From: Escherichia phage BEU50 | Strand: one strand, 5' to 3' | Length of the DNA: 64,000 nt | Sequence record: OM632671.1 | Part shown: positions 45,220 to 56,159 of the stretch, piece after piece | Layout: the number at the start of each line of letters is the position of its first letter | Numbering within the stretch: the first letter of the stretch is position 1 | Position numbers and translations under genes: made by a program | Notes under the pieces: model-generated | Databases searched by the model: none | What the model was told of the DNA's origin: nothing | What the model saw: only the letters and a program-made list of their open reading frames with translations

Positions 45220-45382
45220 AAAGCAGATGTTTTTAATGAAACTAATTGAAGAATATGCTAATGCAGTTTCTGACTATGAGCGTTCTTCTCGGGAAAGAGG
45301 TACAGCTTTCGCCAAAGAAGAAATGAAAATCATGGTTGATGCTCACACAAAGCTTCAGAATTTTATTGAAAACAACATTTAA
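45209..45382 (+). CDS. Hypothetical protein (57 aa), starts MKTEKQ within the second copy of the 26-nt repeat
   Basis: ATG embedded in second copy of GGTGGAATAATGAAAACTGAAAAGCA. Confidence 0.3.
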   Translation: MKTEKQMFLMKLIEEYANAVSDYERSSRERGTAFAKEEMKIMVDAHTKLQNFIENNI

Positions 45383-45870
45383 CGGTTTACAAGTTGGCAA
45401 GGTTATGGTATAGTAATCTTGTCAACTGTCAAGGAGAAGAGAATGAAAGTTTTGTTTGTTGTGTATGTAATGATTCAATATAATTACCCAATGTTTACTT
45501 ATAATCTGGTGAACAACATTATTGATATTATTCAAAGGAGTATGTAATTGTGAGTGAGTCGAAGAGAATCAATATGAAACGATTAGTATTAGAAGTTAGT
45601 CCGCTTTTTGGTGAATTGGCTATAGAAAAAGTAAATAACATGTATCGTTTGACGCAAGAAGACGATATGCTATATTTTACGCCTAGTGAAATCATTCATT
45701 TAACCCAAATTGAATATCCTTATACTGATAAAATAGTAAGTATCAATGATGAGCACAAAATTCATTGCTCGTTTGATTGAAGTTGAAGCCCAAATTGCAG
45801 AACACACCAAATTGTTAAAAGCTCTTAATGCAAAAGCAAATGGTTTACGTAATGCTATTGAGGTATTGAA

Positions 45871-46185
45871 ATGAAAAAGCGTCTATTAGAAGACATTGCA
45901 GCTTCAAGTAATTCCAGTTTAATTAAAATTATTATGGCCGGTGAAGAAGACGATCTGGAAATGCGTGGAAAGATTTATGGTTGTGATGATTATAGCAGCC
46001 CTATTAATTGGGATTCTGTAATGGTCATGGTTGAACGTCGCGAAAGGGCTTCTAAAAACGTTCCTAATTGCCCTGAATGTGGAACTGAACAGGTGCAATT
46101 AGTCCATTGGCAGACTAATAATCTTCGTTATAAATGTCGCCATTGTAAACACCGATTTGACCGAGAAGAAAATGACAAAGCGTAA
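45871..46185 (+). CDS. Small zinc-ribbon protein (104 aa)
   Basis: CPECG ... CRHCKH. Confidence 0.35.
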
Positions 46186-46415
46186 AGAATATATGGAGAC
46201 CGCCGAAAAGGCAGTCCGTGAATTAGCAATAGCTTATTATAATGAACACGGTAAATTTCCTGATAGATACAGCGTGCTTAAATCTGCTTTAACTCGTTCA
46301 TATAAAAATATGCTATCAGAAGTAAGTGATATTATATACAAACATAAAGAACAAACGGGCCAAAGTCTTGATTACGACGAGACTTTTAAACAAGTACTAG
46401 GAATTAAGGAATAAT

Positions 46416-46679
46416 ATGTTTAAAGTATATGGTTATGATAGCAACATCCATAAATGTGTGTATTGCGATAATGCAAAACGTCTTTTGACCGTGAAGAAAC
46501 AGCCGTTTGAATTTATCAACATTATGCCGGAAAAAGGTGTTTTTGATGATGAGAAAATCGCTGAGCTTCTGACTAAACTAGGTCGTGATACTCAAATCGG
46601 CTTAACAATGCCTCAGGTATTTGCTCCTGATGGAAGTCATATTGGTGGATTTGACCAATTGCGGGAATACTTTAAATGA
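46416..46679 (+). CDS. nrdC: Glutaredoxin/thioredoxin NrdC
   Basis: 87 aa; active-site CVYC; matches T4 NrdC from memory. Confidence 0.8.
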   Translation: MFKVYGYDSNIHKCVYCDNAKRLLTVKKQPFEFINIMPEKGVFDDEKIAELLTKLGRDTQIGLTMPQVFAPDGSHIGGFDQLREYFK

Positions 46680-47168
46680 TTCTCGAAGGAACTGATTATA
46701 TCCATGATTACCGCGGAAGCGCGGTATATGTAGGTGATGAAGTTGCAGTTTACTACGGGTATGGAACTTTGATGACAGCCAAGGTTATTCAAATTAAAAA
46801 TAATCGTGCTAAACTCGAAGTTTATTATTCTAACGGCGAAAAGTCTATTTCTAAGTGGAAATACGGCGATTGTATGGTCAAACTGGGGTAAATATGATTT
46901 ACGATATTAGTGCAGCAAGAGCTCCATCAATGGTTGCTATTCCAGCTGAAGAATTAGATCGTCTTCATAAAATTGAAGAACTTCTGTGGGAAATTGAATC
47001 TGATTTGCCATCAGGATTAGAATCCTGGATTGATTATGAAGAACTTAATAAGCTTCGGGGTTAAACCCTGGTGGGCGGCTAGATGGGAAACTGTAGAGCC
47101 AGAGCCGGAAGAACCGGTTTACACTGATGAAGAAACAGTATATAATGAACCAACGATAAATGACTTAA

Positions 47169-47672
47169 TTGATATGGAGATGGGACATGATTACAGTAGA
47201 TAAGTGGTTTAGAATTAATCGTGTTGATACAGGGCTATGTAATTACTGGCCGGAACTTAGTGCAGGTACTGTCTTTAAAGTTCGTGAACTTGCAAAAGAA
47301 TGTGAAGATGATATAGAACCTGATACTGGAATTATTGAAATTGAACTTTCTGATGGAAAGATTATTAACATCTATGATAAGCCAATTACGTATTGGTGCT
47401 TGTGGAATACTGAATCCGTTGAAAATGGCGAAATTGAAGAAGTTGTAGAGAGAACTAGCCAAGATGCTCAGAAGCCTAAAGCCGCTTTTCAAGGTGAACG
47501 TATTTCATACGCATTAGCTAAATTAGCTGCACAAGAAAATAACGATGGTTATGAAGGAAATTTAATGCAAGCTGCCGCAGAGTACATTGAATGGCTTGAA
47601 ACTCAAATTTCTTTTTCTGACCAAATGATTCGGCAATATAAGCGATTGCATCAAATGTTTTACAATACTTGA
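47169..47672 (+). CDS. Hypothetical protein (about 160 aa)
   Basis: ORF; its C-terminus (MIRQYKRLHQMFYNT) is repeated downstream. Confidence 0.35.
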   Translation: MIWRWDMITVDKWFRINRVDTGLCNYWPELSAGTVFKVRELAKECEDDIEPDTGIIEIELSDGKIINIYDKPITYWCLWNTESVENGEIEEVVERTSQDAQKPKAAFQGERISYALAKLAAQENNDGYEGNLMQAAAEYIEWLETQISFSDQMIRQYKRLHQMFYNT

Positions 47673-47925
47673 AAAAACTCAAAATTCTTTTTCTGACAAG
47701 GCATTTTAATGAAAACCGAATTGGTTTATACTGAAAAGTTAAATGGCGGTAAGGTTTGGAAACTTTTTATTAAAGGACATTCTACGGACCCTCATATGAC
47801 CACTTGCGTAGGAACCTATTCTCGTCCTACTAAAAAGATGATTCGACAGTATAAACGATTGCATCGAATGTTTTACAATACTTAAATAATAAATACCCTT
47901 ATCTATTTAAGGTAAGGGTTTTATT

Positions 47926-48399
47926 ATGTTATTGACTGGCAAATTATACAAAGAAGAAAAACAAAAATTTTATAATGTACAAAACGGTAAATGCTTAATT
48001 TGCCAACGAGAACTAAATCCTGATGTTCAAGCTAATCACCTTGACCATGACCATGAATTAAATGGACCAAAAGCAGGAAAGGTACGTGGATTGCTTTGTA
48101 ATCTCTGCAATGCTGCAGAAGGTCAAATGAAGCACAAATTTAATCGTTCTGGCTTAAAGGGTCAAGGTGTTGATTATCTTGAATGGTTAGAAAATTTACT
48201 TACTTATTTAAAATCCGATTACACCCAAAATAATATTCACCCTAACTTTGTTGGAGATAAATCAAAGGAATTTTCTCGTTTAGGAAAAGAGGAAATGATG
48301 GCCGAGATGCTTCAAAGTGGATTTGAATATAATGAATCTGACACCAAAACACAATTAATAGCTTCATTTAAGAAGCAGCTTAGAAAGAGTTTAAAATGA
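47926..48399 (+). CDS. 49: Endonuclease VII (gp49) Holliday junction resolvase
   Basis: 157 aa; GKCLICQREL...HLDHDHELNGPKAGKVRGLLCNLCN matches T4 endo VII from memory. Confidence 0.9.
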   Translation: MLLTGKLYKEEKQKFYNVQNGKCLICQRELNPDVQANHLDHDHELNGPKAGKVRGLLCNLCNAAEGQMKHKFNRSGLKGQGVDYLEWLENLLTYLKSDYTQNNIHPNFVGDKSKEFSRLGKEEMMAEMLQSGFEYNESDTKTQLIASFKKQLRKSLK

Positions 48400-49217
48400 A
48401 TGTAGTATATAAACTATCATTTATTAATAGAATTAATGCTAAAACCCCACCATATTATTACATTGGAAGTAAAACCAATTGCACTTTTGATGGAACGAAT
48501 ATTATTGATAAAAATGGTAAATTTTATTATTCGTCTTCGTCATCTTCTGAATTTCAAAAAGCCTTATTGAAAGAAACGCCGAAAGTTGAAATATTATATT
48601 TTCAATTAGTCGGAGATGAACAAATAACTAGCATTGAAGCTGAATTTCAAAAGAATATAGAAAAAGATGTATGGAATAAAGAGTATTTTAATTTAGCATA
48701 TGCTGATGGCAAATTTACGACATATGGTATTTCTCCTTCTAAAGAAACTAGAGAAAAGCAATCAATAACCATGATTAAAAGAAATCGTAATAAAGGCAAA
48801 AATCATGGATTTTATGGAAAGCATCATACTAATTTAGCTAGAAAGAAAATATCAGAAGCTTCTAAAAAATACTGGAAAGAAAATCCACATCGTGGATTTT
48901 CGCATACAAAGGAAGCTAAAATTAAAATTGGAATTTCATCTTCTATCAGGCATAAAGGAAGTGGAAATCCGATGTATGGTGTAAAACCTTGGAAAACTCC
49001 GAGCGCAATTAAATCTGGTACTTGTATATTATGGTTAAAATACGCAGAAATTTTATATGATTATTTAAGTCCAGATTTTAAAAGTAAATCATCTATTTTT
49101 GCGGATTTAAACTTACCGAAATTTAGAATTGATAATTTCATCAAAAGGTTTAAAATGGGTTGGAACCCATATTTAGACGAAGAATTTCAAAAGGATAAAT
49201 TAGAATTATGTCTTTAG
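48396..49217 (+). CDS. GIY-YIG homing endonuclease with NUMOD repeats, free-standing between 49 and nrdD
   Basis: N-terminal YKLSFINRINAKTPPYYYIGSK (GIY-YIG-like), repeated G..HTxxAxxKIS motifs. Confidence 0.6.
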   Translation: MNVVYKLSFINRINAKTPPYYYIGSKTNCTFDGTNIIDKNGKFYYSSSSSSEFQKALLKETPKVEILYFQLVGDEQITSIEAEFQKNIEKDVWNKEYFNLAYADGKFTTYGISPSKETREKQSITMIKRNRNKGKNHGFYGKHHTNLARKKISEASKKYWKENPHRGFSHTKEAKIKIGISSSIRHKGSGNPMYGVKPWKTPSAIKSGTCILWLKYAEILYDYLSPDFKSKSSIFADLNLPKFRIDNFIKRFKMGWNPYLDEEFQKDKLELCL

Positions 49218-50200
49218 AAAAAGATGTTTTAAATTTTATTTCAAATAAAGATAAAGAATTAAATACAGAAAACGCCAACAAAGATTCTCGCGTCTTTCCA
49301 ACAAAAAGAGATTTAATGGCCGGTATTGTTTCTAAACATATCGCTTGTCGTATTCTTCCAAGTCATATTGTAAATGCCCATAATGTTGGATTAATTCATT
49401 TTCATGATTTAGATTACAGTATATCATTGCCTTTTACTAATTGCTGTTTAGTAGATTTAAAAGGAATGCTTGAGAACGGGTTTAAGCTCGGTAATGCACA
49501 GATTGAAACTCCTAAATCAATCGGTGTTGCTACTGCAATTATGGCACAAATTACTGCACAGGTTGCTTCTCACCAATATGGCGGAACTACATTTGCTAAT
49601 GTCGATAAAGTACTTTCTCCTTATGTTAAACGCACCTATGCAAAACATATCGAAGACGCAGAAAAATGGCAAATCGCCGATGCGTTAAATTATGCTCAAT
49701 CTAAAACAGAAAAAGACGTATACGATGCATTCCAAGCTTATGAATATGAAGTAAATACTCTCTTTAGTTCAAACGGACAGACTCCTTTTGTAACAATTAC
49801 ATTTGGTACAGGAACTGACTGGACTGAACGAATGATTCAGAAAGCAATTCTGAAAAATCGTATTAAAGGTCTTGGTCGTGATGGGATAACTCCTATTTTC
49901 CCTAAGCTTGTTATGTTTGTTGAAGAAGGTGTTAATCTTTATAAAGACGATCCGAACTATGATATTAAGCAGCTTGCTCTAGAGTGTGCAAGCAAAAGAA
50001 TGTATCCTGATATTATTTCAGCTAAGAACAATAAAGCTATCACTGGTTCATCTGTTCCTGTTTCTCCAATGGGTTGCCGTAGTTTCTTGGGCGTATGGAA
50101 AGATTCGACTGGTAATGAAATTCTTGATGGACGTAATAATCTTGGCGTTGTAACACTGAATCTTCCTCGCATCGCGTTAGATTCTTATATTGGAACACAG
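49208..50200 (+). CDS. nrdD: Anaerobic ribonucleotide reductase NrdD, N-terminal about 330 codons only (truncated at a breakpoint)
   Basis: [72 protein letters not shown] match class III RNR; the glycyl-radical C-terminal half is absent and the ORF tail runs antisense into gene 37. Confidence 0.7.
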
Positions 50201-50205
50201 TTCAA

Positions 50206-50340
50206 TCCTGAGTCATCTTTTGTGAAAATTGTTTTATCTTTTAAGTTTATAGCCAATTCACCTTCGGCTAATACTGAAGCAGCAGGACGTTGACCTGCAG
50301 TTTTGCTTCTTTTAAATTGTATTTGTTTTAAAGTAGCCAT
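50206..50340 (-). other. 37: 5' fragment of long tail fibre distal subunit gene 37 (first 45 codons only)
   Basis: Minus-strand [45 protein letters not shown] matches the gp37 N-terminus, then diverges and stops after 6 more codons. Confidence 0.6.
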
Positions 50341-50348
50341 AAGTCCTC

Positions 50349-50999
50349 TTAATAATAGCCGAAATCTTGAACAGAATCCTTAATTACGATTTGGTCAAAT
50401 CGTGGAACGTGTGAAGGTTGAGATGCAGGATTCTGTGAAAAAAGGTTTGGCGCAGTTAAATTTCCTGTCATAGTGTCTCCAGAGCGTAATACCCTAGAGT
50501 TTGCATTTGCTGTAACAGTATTTATTGCTCCATCAACATAATCTTTACGAGTAGCATCTGATGCTGCGGAAGGAGTAGATGTAACAGTTACAGATGGAGC
50601 CGTTACAGCTTTGGTAAATGTTGTCAAACCTTCTGGCGTAATAGTAATTTGTCCAGTAGTGATTTCACTACCTGCTGGTCTAAAACTAATACCGCCAGAA
50701 GAGCCACCAACTACAAGAGTATTACCAGTGCCGCCACCAGAACGAATTCGGATGGGGGTTTCATTATTACTTAATTGAAGATAACTATTTACACCATAAT
50801 TAATAGTAACTGGGCCTGTGTAAGTACCACCAGTAGATTTAGAAACGAAATCATTATCAGCTGCCTGTGGTTTATTATATTCTGAATATATTTTAAATGA
50901 TTTGTAGAGTACATCGTCACCGGCTGAATTCAACGGAAAATTTCCTTGATGCCAAATGACAGATCCACCTACAGTTGAACCTCCTTTTAAATCAGCCAT
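50349..50999 (-). CDS. 36: Long tail fibre hinge protein gp36
   Basis: 216 aa; synteny 34-35-36-37 on the minus strand. Confidence 0.8.
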   Translation of the reverse strand: MADLKGGSTVGGSVIWHQGNFPLNSAGDDVLYKSFKIYSEYNKPQAADNDFVSKSTGGTYTGPVTINYGVNSYLQLSNNETPIRIRSGGGTGNTLVVGGSSGGISFRPAGSEITTGQITITPEGLTTFTKAVTAPSVTVTSTPSAASDATRKDYVDGAINTVTANANSRVLRSGDTMTGNLTAPNLFSQNPASQPSHVPRFDQIVIKDSVQDFGYY

Positions 51000-51022
51000 A
51001 GTATGCCCATTTATTTTAATAT

Positions 51023-51030
51023 TATTTATA
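51023..51030 (-). promoter_or_regulatory. Late promoter TATAAATA (minus strand) for gene 36
   Basis: Plus-strand TATTTATA about 24 nt upstream of the gp36 start. Confidence 0.5.
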
Positions 51031-51039
51031 AAGAAAAAA

Positions 51040-51055
51040 GGAGCCCGGCGGCTCC
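51040..51055 (-). terminator. Minus-strand terminator hairpin (GGAGCC-GCCG-GGCUCC followed by U6) between genes 35 and 36
   Basis: Reverse complement reads GGGAGCCGCCGGGCTCCTTTTTT. Confidence 0.5.
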
Positions 51056-51061
51056 CTCAGT

Positions 51062-52177
51062 TTAAACTTCTCTAAATTCCTGTCCAAACACTTTACCAGT
51101 TTTAGACGATGCCTGTGTAGGAAGTACCATTATATCTGGAGGTGAAGCCGATTCACAGACATAATTAACGCGAATACCATTGACGCCAAATTCGGCAGGT
51201 TTTGAAATGCCGCCATTTCTTGATACTTCAGAAAAGCTTAAATTTCTCATACCGCCTTGACCCGCTTGGGCGGTTCTCTGTGTGTATATCGTAAATCCTA
51301 CTGCATTTTCAGGAACAACTACATAATCTTCTTTTAATTCCCAAGACCCAGCTTGCCCAGTAAACTCAGCTTGGGTCGAGGAAATATATCCATTTGATGC
51401 ATCATAAAAACGAATAGATATATTTGCAGTTCCAAGATCAAGTAAATCAGCATCAGCATATAGTTGTGCTTTAAGATAAAGAACATCACCAGGAATTAAA
51501 TTGTAGTCAGAAAGTTTACTTATAGCAGCTGAAGTTGGTAAACGCGCAATTTCATTATTAGTTCCACCAACCGCAGACATAAATTGCTCAACGCTTTCGT
51601 ATGTTCTTTTAGGAAATCCTGTAGCTCCGACGTCTTCTAAACTATCAAATACAACATCTAAAATAGTTTGATAATCATCTGTGCTTTTTCTATTACTTAG
51701 TTTAACATGCTCTAATGCAATAGCTCTTTTAGAAGAAGTATAAAAAGCAGCATATGACACGTCAAATCTTGACAATACTGAATCTGATGGAAAAACTGAA
51801 GTTCCTGCTCCCCTTAACCAAGATACCACTTCAGGAGGAAAATTAACCTTTCCGCTAGTTAATATAGCAACAAGTCTATTGTTTGACAAAGAATTCATGA
51901 AACTGACAAAAGTGGTAGATGTTGTATTGTTTGAAGCAGAAAAAGCATATGACTTACTATCAACTAATGCTCCCGTAGAAGGGTCAAAAACTCTTAAATG
52001 AAGACCTGCACTAAATGTTTGATTTCCAACGGGATTATCCTGAAATTTAACATATGGTCCCGCAGTAGAAAGCGGGCAAGAACCCGCTATGCTTATTTTA
52101 TATCTTACTGAATTGCTTTCCGATAAAAATGGCGTTTGGACATATCCTTGTCCAAACTCTGCCATAAATTTTTCCAT
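51062..52177 (-). CDS. 35: Long tail fibre protein gp35
   Basis: 371 aa; synteny. Confidence 0.8.
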   Translation of the reverse strand: MEKFMAEFGQGYVQTPFLSESNSVRYKISIAGSCPLSTAGPYVKFQDNPVGNQTFSAGLHLRVFDPSTGALVDSKSYAFSASNNTTSTTFVSFMNSLSNNRLVAILTSGKVNFPPEVVSWLRGAGTSVFPSDSVLSRFDVSYAAFYTSSKRAIALEHVKLSNRKSTDDYQTILDVVFDSLEDVGATGFPKRTYESVEQFMSAVGGTNNEIARLPTSAAISKLSDYNLIPGDVLYLKAQLYADADLLDLGTANISIRFYDASNGYISSTQAEFTGQAGSWELKEDYVVVPENAVGFTIYTQRTAQAGQGGMRNLSFSEVSRNGGISKPAEFGVNGIRVNYVCESASPPDIMVLPTQASSKTGKVFGQEFREV

Positions 52178-52185
52178 AATACCTC

Positions 52186-55100
52186 TTATTCAACCCATTC
52201 AAATTTAACAGTTTTATTCACTGGGTCAGGAATAATGCGAACATTACCAATTCGTAAGAAATCACGAATAGTAAGATTACCTATTATTCCATTATCAGAT
52301 GGGATTGCTCCTATATCCGAAGGTTGAGGAGGATTACCTCCATCGAATACCTGAACAAAACTTGACCAAGAGTTTTTGGTTTTCTGCCATGTACGTGTCC
52401 AGCGAGTGGTACGTGCTTCTGGGGTCGTTGGATAAGTAATCCAATCTTGGTAAAGTGAATCAAGTGTGTTACCAAACTGAGTCAATGTACCAGGAGATTT
52501 AACTTCTTCACCGCGTTCTAAATATGGAAGTCCAGTCACTTCATTAGTTTTTTCAACCATTTTAAAATAACCCGGGAACTGGTTATAAGTGGCTGAATCA
52601 TTAATATCGATTGACCAGAATCCTACAGTATCAGATGTTGGCGCACGGGTATATAAATCAGATGTTTTAACACCTTGAGAACGAATTCTCGAGTTAACAG
52701 TTAAACCGCCTGAACTTATAGTAGCACCTTTTGCAATGATTAAGCTTTCACCAATCGTTACTTGGCCAGATGCATTATTAATAGATAAAGGACGTAATCC
52801 ATTAAATCCGCCAGTTTGATCACCCGATGCAGTAAGCATAAAATTCGTTACTGACCCATCATTGCGAACAATGAAACCATAATTTCCGTTAATAGCACGG
52901 AAAGCATTTGCGCTTCGAGAAATAATTTCACCAGTTGCAGTGACTGAATTACCAAATGTTGCTACACCATTTGCATTCAATGTTCCTGAAGCATTAACAT
53001 TTATCGGTGTTACTGTACCGTTGATATTAAATGTTATATTTCCAGCTTTATTACGCTGAGAATAAAAATGACTAGACGTTTCATCACTAACTTCAAATAC
53101 GGTAGAACGTGTTGTGTCTGATTCCCCACTAAATTGATTTCCCCACACTCTGACTGTCATCGTTTGAGCCGGGTTTGTTCCAGTTTGAGGTCCTTTCTCA
53201 AAAATCAATCGAGTTGCCGTTCCAGTATTAGAAATAGTTAATGTACTATTTGCTGAAACTGATCCACCGAATGTAGCAGTACTAGATGATACAAGAGGGG
53301 CACTCAGATTCGTTTGTTGGGTTAAGGTTAGTGAACCATTAACTGTTTGTGCAATGTCCCTACGAATGAACTGGAGCGAATCTAGACCATCTAATAAATT
53401 ACTATCTACAGCTTTTGCTTTTAATGGCAAATAATTTGCTAATACGCGATTTAATTCATATGGTGATACTGCATAACCATTTTTCTCATATGATTCTAAT
53501 GGTTGTGTTGAACCTACCGTATCATTACCAACGAATGTAATTGAACCAGATGAAGTTTTAACAAACCCTCTTATCAGAGTAGTTGCTGCCCAAGTTGGTT
53601 CACTCTGCACAATCCATTTTAAATTTTTTGGAGATACAGCAGTATTTGCTGATGTTCCAGTCACAGTTTCAGACTGAGTTGCAACTTTAATAACACCTTC
53701 CTGTGCTTCAGTAGATTTAGTACCTAAAAGCTTTTTAGGAGTTATTAAAACATTATCTAATGTTCCTGCAGCAGCTTCAACTTGTGTAGCTACACGAAGT
53801 GTACCACGCTGTGTCTCATTTGCTTCAAGAATATTAAGTGTATAATGGTCCCAGAGAGTTCCTGATTCAACTAATCCAGATAGAGCAACAACAGAAGTAC
53901 GATCAGTACTATTAAATCTAGTTTTAATTTTTAATGGTGTAGAGATGCGAGTATCGTCGACGCCTGCGTCGAATTCAACTTGCGTAGCAATTTCAGCTAT
54001 ACCACTTAAACTTTCAGTTGCTCTACGGTCATTTAAAGTTTTAGGAGTGACTGCACGAGTATAGTCAGTTCCTGTGTTAACTTCACTTTGCGTAGCAATT
54101 TCAATTAAACCAATTCTTCCATCAGTTGATGTCTTTTTATGTAACGTTTCTGGCGTTACAACCGCATTTGCCCATCCTTCTTGGCTTTGTCCAGCAATTA
54201 CTTCACTTTCAACTGCTAAAATTACTGCGCCTTGTTGCGTTGGAGTAGCTTTATACTGATCCAAAGCTTTAGGTGAAACAACTAAATTATTAGTGTTTTT
54301 ATTATAAACATTCGTACCATTTAATTCACGGCTAGAAGCTGGAGTAGCTCCTGCAGTAGATACATAAGTTACAATACCAGATAATGATTCAGAACCTTGG
54401 CGAGCTTGAAGCTTTTTAGGAGTGATGATTGTAGTATCATCAGTACCTGTATTAGTTTCCTGCTGCGTAGCAATTTCAGCGACACCTCTACGAGTTTCTG
54501 TAGCAGTTCTTTCATTCAGCTTTTTAGGAGTGATGATAAGGTCATCTGCAAAAGAGAATGTGGTGTTCTGATTCACTTGAGCAGTAGTTGCTATTCTTGC
54601 AATACCTCTGCGAGTTTCTGTAGCAGTACGATTAGCTAACGTTTCTGGAGTAATTGCTAATTCTTTTTGTGGAGAATTTTCTAAATCAGCATTTGCTTGA
54701 GCTTGCGTAGCTAAAGCAATTACGCCTAATCTTGCTCTAGTAGAAGCATTTAAAGAGTCTACTCTTTCTACAGTTGGAACGTTTTGCTGTACAACCCAGC
54801 ATTTTCCATCAGAATCTTCTATATAAGCAAGTTGTAAAACTGGAACATAATTAGTTTCACCGTTAAAAACTAATTCTTGAACTGTTACCCATTCAGCTTC
54901 AGGCGGATATTCTGAACGTTTTGGGAATTGCAGCAATTGAACTGAGGAAGCAATTTTATCTTCACCTGCAGCTTTGATTTTAACTGTTTGTCCTTTTCTC
55001 ATGTAATTCATGGAAATTTTAACAGTATCACCAACAGAAATATCAGTCGGAAGCTGAAGTTCAATTGTTTGGGTTGTTCCATTATTCGCGCCAAATACCA

Positions 55101-56055
55101 TGACTTCTTCATTTGGACGAATATTAGAATTAGTTGTTATAATGCGTAAACGTGCTTTACTATCCCCGTCAAACAATCTCCACAATTTCTCATTATCATC
55201 AAACATCAAGAAACCGTCAATCGATGTACGGCCTTCAATGGAATGAGTTCCAACTTCTTGCACTGACGTTGTTTCATCATATGTCGTAACAATTGTATGA
55301 TAAAGTGGATTTAATTTATCTAAATCAACGAAATTAATGATATCTCCATGATTGGCAAATCTTGGAAGCTTAACATTAATCGGCGCGGCAGAAGTAAATC
55401 TACGTACGATAAAATCATTAGATTGTGCTTGATATGCAGTCGATGGAGTAACAATCGCAGCTTCTCTGCTATAATCAGCAATATACATTTGCCACAAACG
55501 ATTATTAAAAATGAATACCATCTGTGACTTTGGATGAGTCATTAAAACTGAACGTACCTGTTCACCTCTAAAATTGACAATACTCTGATTTGAAGAATTT
55601 ATTTTAACCTGATTTATGCCAGGTTTTCCACCGATATCTTGAATTATTACGGTTTCTCCATCAAGCGGAGAAGGTGGTAAAGTAAACTCAATGTCATTGC
55701 CAACTGATGTATCTACTGAAATTGCTTCTCCGGATTTTAATTGATATGGTCCAGATGATACGGTTGTATATACAGCATCAGTACGTAATGCTTTCCAACG
55801 AATTCTATTAAAATTTCCAGCAGGTTTTGGAATATTATCCGTTGCTGCCCAAAAACGATTATTATAAATGATTACAAAATCTTTTAAATATCCACGAGTT
55901 GGATCATATTGCTGAACTGTGTTTTCTTGAATTAAGTAATCAACGTTAACACCGTCAGTTCCTACGGTACGATCAGCTAAAGCTACGTTGATTATTTTAT
56001 CGCCACCTGCGTCCAGACCATCTTCTGCTCTGAACTTTCTTTTAATCTCGGCCAT
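52186..56055 (-). CDS. 34: Long tail fibre proximal subunit gp34
   Basis: 1289 aa, same length as T4 gp34; fibrous repeat-rich sequence. Confidence 0.9.
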   Translation of the reverse strand: MAEIKRKFRAEDGLDAGGDKIINVALADRTVGTDGVNVDYLIQENTVQQYDPTRGYLKDFVIIYNNRFWAATDNIPKPAGNFNRIRWKALRTDAVYTTVSSGPYQLKSGEAISVDTSVGNDIEFTLPPSPLDGETVIIQDIGGKPGINQVKINSSNQSIVNFRGEQVRSVLMTHPKSQMVFIFNNRLWQMYIADYSREAAIVTPSTAYQAQSNDFIVRRFTSAAPINVKLPRFANHGDIINFVDLDKLNPLYHTIVTTYDETTSVQEVGTHSIEGRTSIDGFLMFDDNEKLWRLFDGDSKARLRIITTNSNIRPNEEVMVFGANNGTTQTIELQLPTDISVGDTVKISMNYMRKGQTVKIKAAGEDKIASSVQLLQFPKRSEYPPEAEWVTVQELVFNGETNYVPVLQLAYIEDSDGKCWVVQQNVPTVERVDSLNASTRARLGVIALATQAQANADLENSPQKELAITPETLANRTATETRRGIARIATTAQVNQNTTFSFADDLIITPKKLNERTATETRRGVAEIATQQETNTGTDDTTIITPKKLQARQGSESLSGIVTYVSTAGATPASSRELNGTNVYNKNTNNLVVSPKALDQYKATPTQQGAVILAVESEVIAGQSQEGWANAVVTPETLHKKTSTDGRIGLIEIATQSEVNTGTDYTRAVTPKTLNDRRATESLSGIAEIATQVEFDAGVDDTRISTPLKIKTRFNSTDRTSVVALSGLVESGTLWDHYTLNILEANETQRGTLRVATQVEAAAGTLDNVLITPKKLLGTKSTEAQEGVIKVATQSETVTGTSANTAVSPKNLKWIVQSEPTWAATTLIRGFVKTSSGSITFVGNDTVGSTQPLESYEKNGYAVSPYELNRVLANYLPLKAKAVDSNLLDGLDSLQFIRRDIAQTVNGSLTLTQQTNLSAPLVSSSTATFGGSVSANSTLTISNTGTATRLIFEKGPQTGTNPAQTMTVRVWGNQFSGESDTTRSTVFEVSDETSSHFYSQRNKAGNITFNINGTVTPINVNASGTLNANGVATFGNSVTATGEIISRSANAFRAINGNYGFIVRNDGSVTNFMLTASGDQTGGFNGLRPLSINNASGQVTIGESLIIAKGATISSGGLTVNSRIRSQGVKTSDLYTRAPTSDTVGFWSIDINDSATYNQFPGYFKMVEKTNEVTGLPYLERGEEVKSPGTLTQFGNTLDSLYQDWITYPTTPEARTTRWTRTWQKTKNSWSSFVQVFDGGNPPQPSDIGAIPSDNGIIGNLTIRDFLRIGNVRIIPDPVNKTVKFEWVE

Positions 56056-56089
56056 TCTCCCGGGCTCCTATTGTGTTTTCAATAATAAG

Positions 56090-56097
56090 TATTTATA
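56090..56097 (-). promoter_or_regulatory. Late promoter TATAAATA (minus strand) for gene 34
   Basis: Plus-strand TATTTATA 35 nt upstream of the gp34 start. Confidence 0.45.
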
Positions 56098-56100
56098 CTT

Positions 56101-56130
56101 GTTTACTTTAAGATTTAGATAGTATATAAT
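56101..56130 (+). promoter_or_regulatory. Early promoter for rnh (GTTTAC, 16-18 nt, TATATAAT), divergent from the gene 34 late promoter
   Basis: Consensus-like elements 30 nt upstream of the rnh ATG. Confidence 0.4.
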
Positions 56131-56159
56131 AGAAATCTCACTAATTGAACGAGGTTCAT

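Noticed and set aside
47036-47203. 55-aa ORF (MKNLISFGVKPWWAARWETVEPEPEEP...) overlapping two neighbouring ORFs, and a possible frameshift
   Set aside because: Overlaps both flanking ORFs and has no RBS; a frameshift fusion is not supported by any slippery sequence
49470-49688. 72-aa plus-strand ORF in an alternative frame inside nrdD
   Set aside because: Embedded in the NrdD frame, which has clear class III RNR homology
54074-54639. Plus-strand ORFs inside gene 34
   Set aside because: Antisense to the tail-fibre gene; low-complexity translation; no start signals
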